From: Leptospira sp.
Lineage (GTDB): Bacteria; Spirochaetota; Leptospiria; Leptospirales; Leptospiraceae
Direction of reading: 5' to 3'
Assembly (NCBI GenBank): GCA_034439575.1
Contig: JAWXAQ010000007.1
Span: 224,001-288,000, forward strand
Length of the DNA stretch: 64,000 nucleotides
This document shows positions 10,790 through 21,144 of the stretch, one piece after another (position 1 is the stretch's first letter; each line of letters starts with the position of its first letter). The position numbers and the translations under genes were made by a program. The notes beneath the pieces are model-generated. The model worked only from the letters and a program-made list of their open reading frames with translations, did not search any database and was not told the origin of the DNA.

Positions 10790-11533
10790 ATGTCTAAAAA
10801 AAGCGCCATCGAACAACTTAAGGATTATGTCCCACAATTATATGATGCATTAAAAGATGAATTTGATTGGGGACTTATCGATAAGTTTCTGACATTCTTA
10901 GAAACTGAAAATGAACGTGGCGGATTCTTTTCTAAGAATGATACGAAGATAATTTATGAAAGACATATCTTGGATTGTTTGGTCTTCGTATGGAAATTGA
11001 AATCAGAAGGTTTTGTTTCACGTGAAACAAATTTAGCAGATATTGGAACGGGACCAGGTTTACCTGGATTTCTTTTTTCATGTCTTGTATCTCCGCCAAA
11101 AATTACATTAATCGATTCTCAAAGACGTAAACTCGCCCTCTTAGAAACTGAAGTGCATAAAGGTACATTGTCCCAGGTAAAGGATAGAATCAAATTTATG
11201 TTCGAAAGAGCCGAAGACATAAAACAAAAATTTGATCTTATCACTTCTAGAGCTGTTGTGCCATATCCCTTTATTGCAGAAGTCACATCAACTTTAGTGA
11301 AGAAAAAAGGTTTATTATGTCCCTTCCTTGGGCAATCGATATTCGATAAAGATATCGAAAGAAAAGTTTTAACTTATTCAGGATTCAAAATTGAAAAAGA
11401 AATCGAAGTTACTGAATTAAGCTTTTTGGGAAAGAGACATATCAAGATATTGCAAAAGGAATCAGATCCCAAACCGGGATATCCAAGACCTTGGAAAGAA
11501 ATCGTTAAGGAGACTAAACAATCGAATGGGTAA
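10790..11533 (+). CDS. rsmG: 16S rRNA m7G methyltransferase RsmG (GidB)
   Basis: [25 protein letters not shown]; upstream of parA. Confidence 0.92.
   Translation: MSKKSAIEQLKDYVPQLYDALKDEFDWGLIDKFLTFLETENERGGFFSKNDTKIIYERHILDCLVFVWKLKSEGFVSRETNLADIGTGPGLPGFLFSCLVSPPKITLIDSQRRKLALLETEVHKGTLSQVKDRIKFMFERAEDIKQKFDLITSRAVVPYPFIAEVTSTLVKKKGLLCPFLGQSIFDKDIERKVLTYSGFKIEKEIEVTELSFLGKRHIKILQKESDPKPGYPRPWKEIVKETKQSNG
11014..11029. promoter_or_regulatory. parS site (perfect)
   Basis: TGTTTCACGTGAAACA inside a 20-bp perfect palindrome (11012-11031) within rsmG. Confidence 0.95.
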
Positions 11534-12287
11534 AATCGTTTCAATCAGCAACCAAAAAGGTGGAGTCGGAAAAACTACTACCGCGATCAACTTGGCATCG
11601 AACTTGGTGGAGCTTGGTAAAAAAATATTACTCCTCGATATTGATCCTCAAGGAAATTCCGGATCAGGCCTTGGACTAGAAGTACAATCTCTTAATAAAA
11701 CTACCTATGAACTCTTGATCGGTGAATTATCGGCGCGTGAAGTGATTCATAAAACATTTGTAGATAGATTGGATATCATTCCTTCGAATATAAATCTTTC
11801 TGGCTTGGAAGTCGACTTTCTCGGGATTGATAAAAAAGAATTCAAACTTCGTGATGCACTTGCTAGCGTGAAACAAGACTACGATTATATTTTAATCGAT
11901 TGTCCACCATCACTTGGTGTCCTAACCATCAATGCACTTTGTGCCTCTCAATCGGTGATGATCACATTACAAACTGAATACTTTGCATTGGAAGGATTAT
12001 CACAATTGATGCGCATCATCTCTCTAGTTCAAAATCAATGGAACCCCGGTTTGGAATTGGAAGGGGTACTTCTAACTATGTATGATAAGAGAACTAATTT
12101 AGCAAATCAAGTGGCCGATGATGTAAGAAACTTTTTTAAAGAGAAGGTTTACCAAACAATCATTCCAAGAAATATAAAATTATCAGAGGCTCCTTCCTTT
12201 GGTAAACCTATCAATTACTATGATCCTGACGGTGTTGGTGCAAAAAGTTACCGAAGTCTAGCAGAAGAAATAGTAGGAATGAGTTAA
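11526..12287 (+). CDS. parA: Chromosome partitioning ATPase ParA/Soj
   Basis: [40 protein letters not shown]. Confidence 0.97.
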   Translation: MGKIVSISNQKGGVGKTTTAINLASNLVELGKKILLLDIDPQGNSGSGLGLEVQSLNKTTYELLIGELSAREVIHKTFVDRLDIIPSNINLSGLEVDFLGIDKKEFKLRDALASVKQDYDYILIDCPPSLGVLTINALCASQSVMITLQTEYFALEGLSQLMRIISLVQNQWNPGLELEGVLLTMYDKRTNLANQVADDVRNFFKEKVYQTIIPRNIKLSEAPSFGKPINYYDPDGVGAKSYRSLAEEIVGMS

Positions 12288-12291
12288 AATT

Positions 12292-13185
12292 ATGGCACTT
12301 GGAAAAGGTAAAGTGTTGGGACGAGGATTAAGTAACCTAATACCAGTTAACGATAAAAATGAAGAAATCCCAAAGGACGAACTTTCTGGGTTGAGGGAAA
12401 TTAAAATTTCAGAAATTCAGCCCAATCCCTACCAACCAAGAAAACATTTTTCTAACGATGCGATTCAGGAATTGTCTGTTACCATCCAGCAACATGGTGT
12501 GATCCAACCAATAGTGATTCAAAAAAACAATGCAGGTGCTGGTTTCATTTTGATTTCAGGTGAGAGAAGACTACGCGCATGCAAACTCGCGGGATTTGTA
12601 AAAATACCAGCCATCGTTAAAGATGTATCTGATGCAGATATGATGGAATTGGCTTTAATTGAAAATTTGCAAAGAGAAGATTTGAATCCTATGGAGGAAG
12701 CGCAAGCTTATCAAAATTTGATCGACAAACGTGGGTTAAAAGTAACTGACCTTGCCACTCGTGTAGGAAAAAATCGTTCAACCATTGCTAATTTAATTCG
12801 TCTACTCGGACTTCCTAAACAAGTCCAAGATTGGATTAAGGAAGGAAAACTGACCGAAGGTCAAACTCGACCATTGTTATCTTTACCAGAACCAAAAAAA
12901 CAGTCAGAAGTTGCAGCTAAGATAATCTCTGAAAATTGGTCTGCAAGAGATGTAGAAAATTATGTTTCCAACTTTCTTCATCCCGACAAAAAATCAAAAG
13001 ATACGTTTAGCGGAAAAGAGAAAGATGGAAGCATTGTGAAACTCGAAGGTAAACTCAGAAATAAATATAGTTCTAAAGTCGAGATTGCACATAACGAATC
13101 CAACGGAAAAGGAAAGATTGTTTTTTCTTATGCCAATCTAACTGACATGGAACGTTTACTCGAACTCCTCGGTTTGAAATTGTAA
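12292..13185 (+). CDS. parB: Chromosome partitioning protein ParB/Spo0J
   Basis: LGRGL, NPYQPRK, GERRLRA, ENLQREDLNP, HTH region GKNRSTIANLIRLL. Confidence 0.97.
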   Translation: MALGKGKVLGRGLSNLIPVNDKNEEIPKDELSGLREIKISEIQPNPYQPRKHFSNDAIQELSVTIQQHGVIQPIVIQKNNAGAGFILISGERRLRACKLAGFVKIPAIVKDVSDADMMELALIENLQREDLNPMEEAQAYQNLIDKRGLKVTDLATRVGKNRSTIANLIRLLGLPKQVQDWIKEGKLTEGQTRPLLSLPEPKKQSEVAAKIISENWSARDVENYVSNFLHPDKKSKDTFSGKEKDGSIVKLEGKLRNKYSSKVEIAHNESNGKGKIVFSYANLTDMERLLELLGLKL

Positions 13186-14931
13186 ACTTGCGAGTCGCGA
13201 GTATAGTTTACTTTTTTTCAATAATTCTTCATGGGTTCCTTGGGAATCCACCTTACCTTGATTAATTACTATTATTTGATCACTATTTACAACAGTTGCT
13301 AGTCGATGAGCGATGATAAGGGTTGTTCTATTTTTCATCAATTCATCTAAAGCTTTCTGAACCATTCGTTCGGATTCTGAATCCAAAGCTGAAGTAGCTT
13401 CGTCTAACAAAAGTATCTTTGGATTTCTTAAAATGGCACGAGCTATGGCTATCCGTTGTTTTTGTCCGCCAGAAAGTCTTGTACCCATGTGTCCGAGATC
13501 AGTGTCCCATCCATTGTTCAGCTGTGGCAAAAATTCTGAAACATATGCTTGTTCGGCGGCAATTTTGATCTTTTCGAAATTGGCACTAGGATCTCCGTAA
13601 GCAATGTTTTCACGTAAGGTTCCAGAAAAAAGAATCGGTTGTTGAGGAACAAATCCAATTAGGGATCGCAGATCTTTTAAGGAAAAATCTCTTATGTCAT
13701 TTCCATCGATTAGTATCGATCCAATTGTTGGGTCATAAAATCGAAGAAGTAATTCAAAGAGAGTTGATTTCCCCCCACCAGAGGGTCCAACTATTGCTGT
13801 AGTTTTATCTGCCGGAATATTTAATTGGAAGTCAGAAATTGCTTTTCTATCTAGCCGTGATGGGTAAGAAAAAGTAAGGTTTTTAAATTCAATTTCACCT
13901 CTCGTATTTGCGGGTAGCGCTATCGGATTTACTGGATCTTGGATATTTGATTTAGATGAAAGGAGTTCCATTAATCTTTCCGTTGCTCCTGCCGCACGTT
14001 GCAAATCACCTAACACTTCTGATATGGCACCAATGGAACTAGCTACCATAATTGCATAGAAGGCAAATGCTATTAATTCCCCACCTGTAATTCTTCCTTC
14101 AAGGACATCCATTCCCCCAACCCATAACATAAAACTAATACCGACTAGAATGAGTAAGATCACACTAGCGATGAGTAAGGACCTTTGACGGATTCGTGAA
14201 ACAGAAACATCAAATGCATCTTCAACGGTTTTACTAAATTTATCCTTATCTATTTCTTGGTGAGAAAAACTTTGTACAATTTTGATATTGAACAATGCTT
14301 CACTTACATAAGAACCTACATTCGCAATCTTGTCTTGTGTATCCCGAGATAGATTACGAACCTTTCTCCCATAAAATAGAATGGGAAACACGATGAAAGG
14401 AACTGAAAGTAAAACGATACAAGTTAGTTTGATGTTTGTTATAAAAAGGAAGATAATACCACCGATAAACATCAGTATGTTTCTAAGTGCTATAGAAGCA
14501 GAGGAACCTATCACTGATTGCAATAAAGTTGTATCAGTCACTATTCTAGATTGAATTTCCCCTGGAGAATTAGTTTCAAAAAAGTTGGGATGCATTTCAA
14601 CGACATGCGCAAATACATCAGTTCGAATATCGGATGATACTCTTTCACCAATCCAAGACACCATATAGTGCCTGAGATAAGTTCCGGCTGCGAGTAAGAT
14701 TCCGATAAAAATGATCGCAATTAAAGAAAAGGTTAATTCTTGTTTGGACCGAGCAGTAAAACCTGCATCGATTAGGTGACGAAGACCTTGTCCTAAGGAA
14801 AGTGTAACTCCTGCAGTAAAAAGAAGAGCCACTGAAGAAACGAAAATTTGAAATTGGTAGGGTTTTAAGTATTTAAAAGTTTTTGATAAGACGTTGAGAT
14901 TTTTACTTGGAGGTCGGTTTGTAGTGCGCAA
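13156..14931 (-). CDS. ABC exporter, fused permease/ATPase (MsbA-related)
   Basis: Six TM segments, GPSGGGKST, LSGGQKQR, LLLDEATSALD, IAHRL. Confidence 0.93.
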   Translation of the reverse strand: MRTTNRPPSKNLNVLSKTFKYLKPYQFQIFVSSVALLFTAGVTLSLGQGLRHLIDAGFTARSKQELTFSLIAIIFIGILLAAGTYLRHYMVSWIGERVSSDIRTDVFAHVVEMHPNFFETNSPGEIQSRIVTDTTLLQSVIGSSASIALRNILMFIGGIIFLFITNIKLTCIVLLSVPFIVFPILFYGRKVRNLSRDTQDKIANVGSYVSEALFNIKIVQSFSHQEIDKDKFSKTVEDAFDVSVSRIRQRSLLIASVILLILVGISFMLWVGGMDVLEGRITGGELIAFAFYAIMVASSIGAISEVLGDLQRAAGATERLMELLSSKSNIQDPVNPIALPANTRGEIEFKNLTFSYPSRLDRKAISDFQLNIPADKTTAIVGPSGGGKSTLFELLLRFYDPTIGSILIDGNDIRDFSLKDLRSLIGFVPQQPILFSGTLRENIAYGDPSANFEKIKIAAEQAYVSEFLPQLNNGWDTDLGHMGTRLSGGQKQRIAIARAILRNPKILLLDEATSALDSESERMVQKALDELMKNRTTLIIAHRLATVVNSDQIIVINQGKVDSQGTHEELLKKSKLYSRLASLQFQTEEFE

Positions 14932-14937
14932 TGAGAA

Positions 14938-15402
14938 TTATCCTTTAAGATCAATTAATAGACCTCGGATTTCATCTAATTGTTTCAAAATATTAAAAGC
15001 TGAATTTGTAGGGGAGAACATCGTGTTCGCTAATATATCCAATTTTTCATCCACAATTTTCACATAACGAATATCTTTCGTATCGTTACGTCCTCTTGTC
15101 GGTGCCTGTATCACTTTATGATTTTTCTTTAATATCAATTTGGCAATTTGTTTGATATGTTCTTTATATTCTTTTAAATTTTTATGATTTGGATTTGCGA
15201 TGAGTGCCTTTTCTATGTCTGGCAAATCTTTCCATAATTCGTTTAATTCTCTCGTTCCTTCTTCTGTTGAAGGAACAATTGATTCTAAAATATCAAAAAA
15301 AGTTTGGTTCGCGTGAATCGAATTAGTATCTTTTAATTTATCACTGGCTTGTTTGCGCGAAGAAGTAGAATTCGATTTAGATGGCGTAGGTAAAACAAAC
15401 AT
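14938..15402 (-). CDS. YaaR/DUF327-family protein
   Basis: LKEYKEHIK, VKIVDEKL, LDEIRGLLIDL C-terminus; GGAGG RBS. Confidence 0.8.
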   Translation of the reverse strand: MFVLPTPSKSNSTSSRKQASDKLKDTNSIHANQTFFDILESIVPSTEEGTRELNELWKDLPDIEKALIANPNHKNLKEYKEHIKQIAKLILKKNHKVIQAPTRGRNDTKDIRYVKIVDEKLDILANTMFSPTNSAFNILKQLDEIRGLLIDLKG

Positions 15403-15411
15403 AGACCCTCC

Positions 15412-15765
15412 CTAATGGCGAGTAGGATTGATCGTACATTTTCCGTGAAAAATTACACCCTCTTCAACTATCAGTCTTGGGGTTACGATATCTCCATCAA
15501 GTCGACAGCTGGATAATAAAGTGACTCTCTCGGTAGCATAAATGTTACCTCGAATTTCACCACCAGCAACCACTACTCGTGCTTTGATATCTGTATCGAC
15601 GATTCCCGACTTTCCGATAAGTACCTTTCCCTCTGTTTCGAGTAATCCACGGAATTTTCCGTCGATTCTTATGAGGCCAGGAAATTTGAATTCACCAACA
15701 AATTCTGCACCTTCGCCAATGACACTATTAACTAAATATTCTTCTTCGTGTGGGTCTTTAGACAT
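15412..15765 (-). CDS. Bactofilin (polymer-forming cytoskeletal protein)
   Basis: SVIGEG..F.G, IRIDG, V..G.I.GNI, GDI.T..L.VEEG..F.G beta-helix pattern; coupled to an M23 gene. Confidence 0.92.
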   Translation of the reverse strand: MSKDPHEEEYLVNSVIGEGAEFVGEFKFPGLIRIDGKFRGLLETEGKVLIGKSGIVDTDIKARVVVAGGEIRGNIYATERVTLLSSCRLDGDIVTPRLIVEEGVIFHGKCTINPTRH

Positions 15766-16751
15766 TATTCTTGAATTTGGTTTAAGAAAGAGAAAGGGTT
15801 AAGGGCTTGAGTTCCTACATGGACTTCGTAGTGAAGATGATAGACTGGATTTTCTGGAGTCTTACCGACATATCCTATCACATCACCTTTTGAAATTTTT
15901 TCTAGTTTCTTTACTTTAACACGGTCAAGGTTTGAATAAATTGTTTTCCAACCAAAACGGTGTGCAAGTTTTATATAATAACCAGTAGCTGGTGAAAATC
16001 CAGAATCAAATACAACTCCTGGAGCAGTGGCAACAACTTCAGCACCAGGGAAGGATCCTATATCCAATCCTTTATTGAATTCTTCTTTTCCTGTTATAGG
16101 TGATAAATACTTCCCAAATGGAAATAGTACATAACCTTTCGTAGGCCAAATCGATGGCGTATTTTTAATGATGCTCTTTCTTTTTTTGATGAGTTTGATG
16201 ATTTCATCTGAAAGTTCGGATGACAATTTTAAGTTATGAATGTCTTCCTTAATTCGGAAAGATTCATCAGTAATATCCGTTTGTGGATTCCCTTGCATGG
16301 CAAGGAATTGATTATTTCCTCCCATGCCCTTAGAAACGCGGGAAGGGTCACCACCTAATTTAATATAGAGGCTAGAAATTTTTTCATAATAATATTGAAT
16401 TGTTTCATGTAGAGAATTCACTTCTTCTTTCATTTTTGAAGATTGACGAATGAAATCTTTGTTTGTTAAATTAAGTTCTGTTAACTGGTGTACAGAGCCT
16501 GAATGAGACAATACGTTTACAGCACTGATTACTAATAATACAACTAAGATCCCAATAAAAATTGAAATGGCCTTATAAGAGATTACAAAATTTAAAGTTT
16601 TACGATCCGTATGTGGAATCACCATGATCGTTAATCGTTCGCGACCCTTTTTATCTAAATCTTCATACCTTTGGGAAAGTTTGAGTTTCCATTCCTGCAT
16701 TTTGTATCGCAGGCGGTAGAAGAGGAGATTTATGTACTGCTTAAAGTTCAT
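15765..16751 (-). CDS. Membrane-anchored M23-family peptidase, probably degenerate active site
   Basis: TM + coiled coil + PSIWP, GLDI, HLHYEV; NKGLD and YSNL replace HxGxD and YxHL. Confidence 0.85.
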   Translation of the reverse strand: MNFKQYINLLFYRLRYKMQEWKLKLSQRYEDLDKKGRERLTIMVIPHTDRKTLNFVISYKAISIFIGILVVLLVISAVNVLSHSGSVHQLTELNLTNKDFIRQSSKMKEEVNSLHETIQYYYEKISSLYIKLGGDPSRVSKGMGGNNQFLAMQGNPQTDITDESFRIKEDIHNLKLSSELSDEIIKLIKKRKSIIKNTPSIWPTKGYVLFPFGKYLSPITGKEEFNKGLDIGSFPGAEVVATAPGVVFDSGFSPATGYYIKLAHRFGWKTIYSNLDRVKVKKLEKISKGDVIGYVGKTPENPVYHLHYEVHVGTQALNPFSFLNQIQE

Positions 16752-16856
16752 TGGAATTGCAAAAAAAAGTCAGATATAGCAAAAGTTCTGCCTTACCCTA
16801 TATCTTTCGATTGAATTTTCATTTTCAGTCAATGTTATTTGCAAAACCTGAGCTAT

Positions 16857-17663
16857 ATGGCTTATTCTTTGATCGATACACATTGTCACCTAGACATAAT
16901 ACAGGAGCAGGGCCAGGAAATTTACCAATCTTTGGAAAAATCGGCGGAAGCCGGTGTCAAAAAAATAGTTCAAATTGGTATAGATCTGCCAAGTTCTATT
17001 CGGGCAAAACAGATATCAGAGACGCATTCGAAAGCCTCTCTAAATATTCATTATACTCTTGGATGTCATCCGACAGAGACACATGAATTTCCTAATGCAG
17101 ATGAAATTTTAAATTTGGCAAAAGATAATTTGAATGATCCGCAATTTACGGGCATTGGCGAAATTGGAATGGATCTATATCATAATGCAACAGAAAGAGA
17201 GGCACAACGTAGTGTGCTTCATAAATTTTTGGAATTTTCAGCGAAAGAAAAATTACCAGTAGTGATTCATTCGCGCGATGCTTTTGAAGATACATATGAA
17301 GGTTTGAAAGAATTTAAAGGCCAAGCTTTTGGAGTGATTCATTGTTTTACTTATGATTACGAAATGGGTAAAAAATTTGTGGATCTAGGATATTACGTTT
17401 CCTTTTCGGGAATCGTAGCTTTTAAGAATGCAACTGACATTCATGAGGCGGCTAAACGTTTACCTTTGGAATCTTTACTCATCGAAACAGATGCTCCATT
17501 CCTTGCACCGCCACCTCATCGTGGAAAAAGAAATGATTCTTCGAATATGCCTTTCATACTAGAACGTATGTTTGGTTTGAGAGAAGAATCGAATGTAAAA
17601 GTAGAAGAAACTTTGTATTTAAACTCAGAAAAATTTATAAACAGAAAGGCGTACTATGCTTGA
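16857..17663 (+). CDS. tatD: TatD-family deoxyribonuclease
   Basis: [33 protein letters not shown] 16857 preferred over TTG 16839. Confidence 0.92.
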   Translation: MAYSLIDTHCHLDIIQEQGQEIYQSLEKSAEAGVKKIVQIGIDLPSSIRAKQISETHSKASLNIHYTLGCHPTETHEFPNADEILNLAKDNLNDPQFTGIGEIGMDLYHNATEREAQRSVLHKFLEFSAKEKLPVVIHSRDAFEDTYEGLKEFKGQAFGVIHCFTYDYEMGKKFVDLGYYVSFSGIVAFKNATDIHEAAKRLPLESLLIETDAPFLAPPPHRGKRNDSSNMPFILERMFGLREESNVKVEETLYLNSEKFINRKAYYA

Positions 17664-18912
17664 TATCAATCGAATCTTACAAAACCCAGATGAATTAATA
17701 GAATCATTAAAGAAGCGCGGAGTCAATGCCTCTGATATAGAAACAAAGATTAAAGATGTAGCCGCAAAACAAAAAAAATTAAAACACGAAGCAGAAGAAT
17801 TAAGGGCAGAAAGAAACCGTGTTTCCAAAGAAGTCGGAGCCTTAAAAGCTCAAGGAAAAGATATTTCCGAAATATCCGCTTCCATGAAAGGAGTGGGTGA
17901 CCGAATTAAGGCCATAGAAGATGAGTTAGCTGGTCAAGAAGAATCCTTATTGGAATTAAACATTGGCCTCCCAAATATTTTAGATAAATCTGTTCCGGAA
18001 GGAAAAAATGAAGAAGATAATGTGGAAGTTAAAAGGTGGGGTAATATTCCCTCTTTTTCCTTTGAAGCAAAAACTCATTTTGACATAGGCGAAAAAATGG
18101 GAATTTTTGATTTTGAAAGAGGAGTCAAATTATCGGGGGCTCGTTTTTACACCTACTTAGGCTTAGGTGCTAAAATGGAAAGAGCACTTATGAATTTGAT
18201 GCTAGATACACATACTTCTGAAAATGGTTACAATGAAATGTGGGTTCCTGTGTTAGTCAATGATGAGTCTATGACTGCTACAGGGCAATTGCCAAAATTC
18301 GCAGATGATTTTTATCGTTTGGAAAAAGACGGTTTGAATTTAATTCCCACGGCAGAAGTACCTTTGACCAATTATTATCGCGATGAAATCATTCCAGAAA
18401 AAGAATTACCGATTTCTGTTTGCGCTCACACTTCTTGCTTTCGAAGGGAAGCCGGATCTTATGGGCGGGATACACGGGGTTTAGTACGCGTTCACCAATT
18501 TCAAAAAGTGGAATTAGTGAAATTTACAACACCAGAATCTTCATCAGATGAGCATCAAAAGATGCTAGAAAATGCGGAATCGATACTTCAAAAATTAAAT
18601 CTTCCGTATCGAGTGATGTTACTTTGTAGTCGGGATATTTCTAGTGCCTCTTCAAAAACTTACGATATTGAAGTGTGGATGCCAGGATTAAATCGGTTTA
18701 TGGAAATTTCGTCTGTTTCTAACTTCAAAGACTATCAAGCAAGACGCGGAAAAATTCGATACAAATCGAAAGAAGGAAAAAATTTGCTCGTACATACTTT
18801 GAATGGTTCTGGTCTTGCAATTGGTCGAACTCTTGCAGCTGTCATAGAAAATTACCAAACAGAGGATGGGACTTTCCATATTCCAGATGCATTAAAAACG
18901 TATTTGAGATAG
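17656..18912 (+). CDS. serS: Serine--tRNA ligase
   Basis: MLD start, N-terminal coiled coil, [37 protein letters not shown]. Confidence 0.98.
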   Translation: MLDINRILQNPDELIESLKKRGVNASDIETKIKDVAAKQKKLKHEAEELRAERNRVSKEVGALKAQGKDISEISASMKGVGDRIKAIEDELAGQEESLLELNIGLPNILDKSVPEGKNEEDNVEVKRWGNIPSFSFEAKTHFDIGEKMGIFDFERGVKLSGARFYTYLGLGAKMERALMNLMLDTHTSENGYNEMWVPVLVNDESMTATGQLPKFADDFYRLEKDGLNLIPTAEVPLTNYYRDEIIPEKELPISVCAHTSCFRREAGSYGRDTRGLVRVHQFQKVELVKFTTPESSSDEHQKMLENAESILQKLNLPYRVMLLCSRDISSASSKTYDIEVWMPGLNRFMEISSVSNFKDYQARRGKIRYKSKEGKNLLVHTLNGSGLAIGRTLAAVIENYQTEDGTFHIPDALKTYLR

Positions 18913-18938
18913 AAATTCCAAACGAGCAGAAAGCAAAG

Positions 18939-20228
18939 GTGTCTATGCTCGAGATCAAAACTTTATATAAATTTATTAAGGTGCAATTTTTATTCACCTG
19001 CCTTTGTTTGATTTTAATTTCGAAATTAAATACACAGGATATTCCAAAAATCATTGTCGAACCCATCAAAGGGAAAGTGAATACATCCTTCCAAGAATTT
19101 GGACCAAGTCTTTCACCTGATGCAAAGACTTTGTATTTTTATTCCAAAAGATCTGCAAAAGGTTATACGGAGATTTTTCGAAGTGAATTAGAATCTGATG
19201 GACAATGGTCATTCCCAGAAGAAGTCAACGAATTGAATTCGGACTTTGATGATCAAAGTCCGTTTGTAAGTCGAGATGGAAAAACAATCTTACTCTCTTC
19301 GAATCGAGACGGTTCTGTAGAAGTCCAACTTGAAAATGGTAAAATTGGAATCTCAAGAGATATATATATTTCTAATTGGAATGGGAAAATTTGGTCAACA
19401 CCGACCGCCTTACCAAAAAATATAAATACAGAAGATATAGAAGAAAATCCACACCTATTAGGTGATACACTATTATTTACAAGATATCCATTCGGAAAAC
19501 CAGATTTAGCAAAAATTTATATATCAAAAAGAAACGGAAATAATTGGTCGGAACCTAAACTATTACCTGCTCCAATAAATGATAATTATGCGACGATAGC
19601 CGCTGCATATAATGATGAAGGGACTCTATTATTTTTTGCATCAAACCGTCCTGGAGGATATGGAGGTTTTGATATTTATATGATGAAAGTTAATAGTGAT
19701 GTATTTTCAGATCTAGAAAATTTAGGTGATGATATCAATTCGGCGAGTGACGAAGGTTATATTATTTACCAACAAGTGAAAAAAACATTTTTGTTTTGTA
19801 GAAGAGTAGAAAATAGATCATTCGATATTTTTTCAGCATCTATTCCCCGTAAACCGAGCATTATAGAAAGTAAGTTAACAGAAGATAAGAAAATATCCAT
19901 TGATACTATTTATTTTGAAAGAGCATCTTCCAAATTGAAAAATGAATCCACTTCTTCTCTTGATGCTATTGTTGACTATTTACATGAAAACCCAAAGAAT
20001 CGCATGAAAATAATTGGCCATACTGATTTAATTGGAAATTTCGAAGATAATATGACCCTTTCCAAGGAAAGAGCTTTGTCTGTGAAAGAGTATTTAGTCC
20101 GTAAAGGAGTTGAGGAAAAGCGATTAGAAACTGGAGGAAAAGGTCCTACAGAACCAATGATTTCAAAAACAGATGAAGAATCTTCAAAGAAAAATAGGCG
20201 GACTGAATTTGTAATTCTAGAAAAGTAA
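18939..20228 (+). CDS. OmpA-family protein with PD40 repeats
   Basis: PSLSPD..TLYF.S.R-type repeats; C-terminal GHTD, LS.ERA, NRRTEF; start uncertain. Confidence 0.88.
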   Translation: MSMLEIKTLYKFIKVQFLFTCLCLILISKLNTQDIPKIIVEPIKGKVNTSFQEFGPSLSPDAKTLYFYSKRSAKGYTEIFRSELESDGQWSFPEEVNELNSDFDDQSPFVSRDGKTILLSSNRDGSVEVQLENGKIGISRDIYISNWNGKIWSTPTALPKNINTEDIEENPHLLGDTLLFTRYPFGKPDLAKIYISKRNGNNWSEPKLLPAPINDNYATIAAAYNDEGTLLFFASNRPGGYGGFDIYMMKVNSDVFSDLENLGDDINSASDEGYIIYQQVKKTFLFCRRVENRSFDIFSASIPRKPSIIESKLTEDKKISIDTIYFERASSKLKNESTSSLDAIVDYLHENPKNRMKIIGHTDLIGNFEDNMTLSKERALSVKEYLVRKGVEEKRLETGGKGPTEPMISKTDEESSKKNRRTEFVILEK

Positions 20229-20274
20229 TTTTACTTGATTCCTTTTCGATTGTGAAACGGAATCAAAAAATCTT

Positions 20275-21144
20275 ATGAAACTACTATCCCATTCAATCAC
20301 CCAATGTTTGGGATTCTGTACATTGAATCTATTTCTATCCTTTACTTTGTTTGCTCAAACAAGCATTACGATTGATAAAATTCGCAAAACAAAAGTTCTT
20401 ACAGTTTCAGTTAATGAATTTTATGATCCCTTTTATATAGAAAACCCAAATCCCGAATTTCCTGGTTTGGATGTAGAATTAGCCCAAGCTTATGCTGACT
20501 TCTTAAATGTGGAACTAAGAGTGATTCCACTTAGAACCTTTGACCAACATGCAAAAATGTTAGAAAAGGGTGATTCACAGATTGCCCTTGCTGGACTATC
20601 GAGTTCGCTTCTAAGATTTAAGGACGTCTATTTCACAGATCCTTATTTAGTATCCACTCCTTCAGGTTTGGTGAATCGTTCTTCATTGCCTCCAGAACCT
20701 GAAGGCCAAATCGTAACTGTCCAATTGTTTCGCAACTTACTCGACTTACAAAGTGTATCTGGGATTTCTTTTTCTGTACTATCAAATAGTTCTAATCATC
20801 AGTATTTAAAAGAAACATTTCCAAAGGCACAAGTGTATTCGTATTTTACAAGTGAAGCGGCATTCAATGAATTAAAGAAAAATAACGTAAATTGTTTTGT
20901 TGCAGATTATTATTATATTATGGCTTTGCTTCAAAAAAATCCATCCTTACGAGCTACCTATTTACCTATTACGGGTTCTGTACAAGAAGATCATTTGAGT
21001 ATGGCTGTTGCTAAAAAAGATATGGAATTCATCTATCATTTGAATTTCTTTATCAAAGAATACAAACGCACAGGTAAAATGCAAAGTTTACTCAATAAGT
21101 ATTTTAAATCTGATAAATGGGTCAAAAAAGATCCTGAAAAATGA
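20275..21144 (+). CDS. Periplasmic substrate-binding protein (family 3, amino-acid type)
   Basis: Signal peptide, PF, GLDVELA, FTDPY, G.MQ.L.NKY. Confidence 0.85.
   Translation: MKLLSHSITQCLGFCTLNLFLSFTLFAQTSITIDKIRKTKVLTVSVNEFYDPFYIENPNPEFPGLDVELAQAYADFLNVELRVIPLRTFDQHAKMLEKGDSQIALAGLSSSLLRFKDVYFTDPYLVSTPSGLVNRSSLPPEPEGQIVTVQLFRNLLDLQSVSGISFSVLSNSSNHQYLKETFPKAQVYSYFTSEAAFNELKKNNVNCFVADYYYIMALLQKNPSLRATYLPITGSVQEDHLSMAVAKKDMEFIYHLNFFIKEYKRTGKMQSLLNKYFKSDKWVKKDPEK

Noticed and set aside
16751-17086. 111-aa plus-strand ORF
   Set aside because: Out-of-frame overlap with tatD; no family features
20235-20266. Hairpin as an intrinsic terminator
   Set aside because: No U-tract follows the stem on either strand; kept only as an unexplained hairpin
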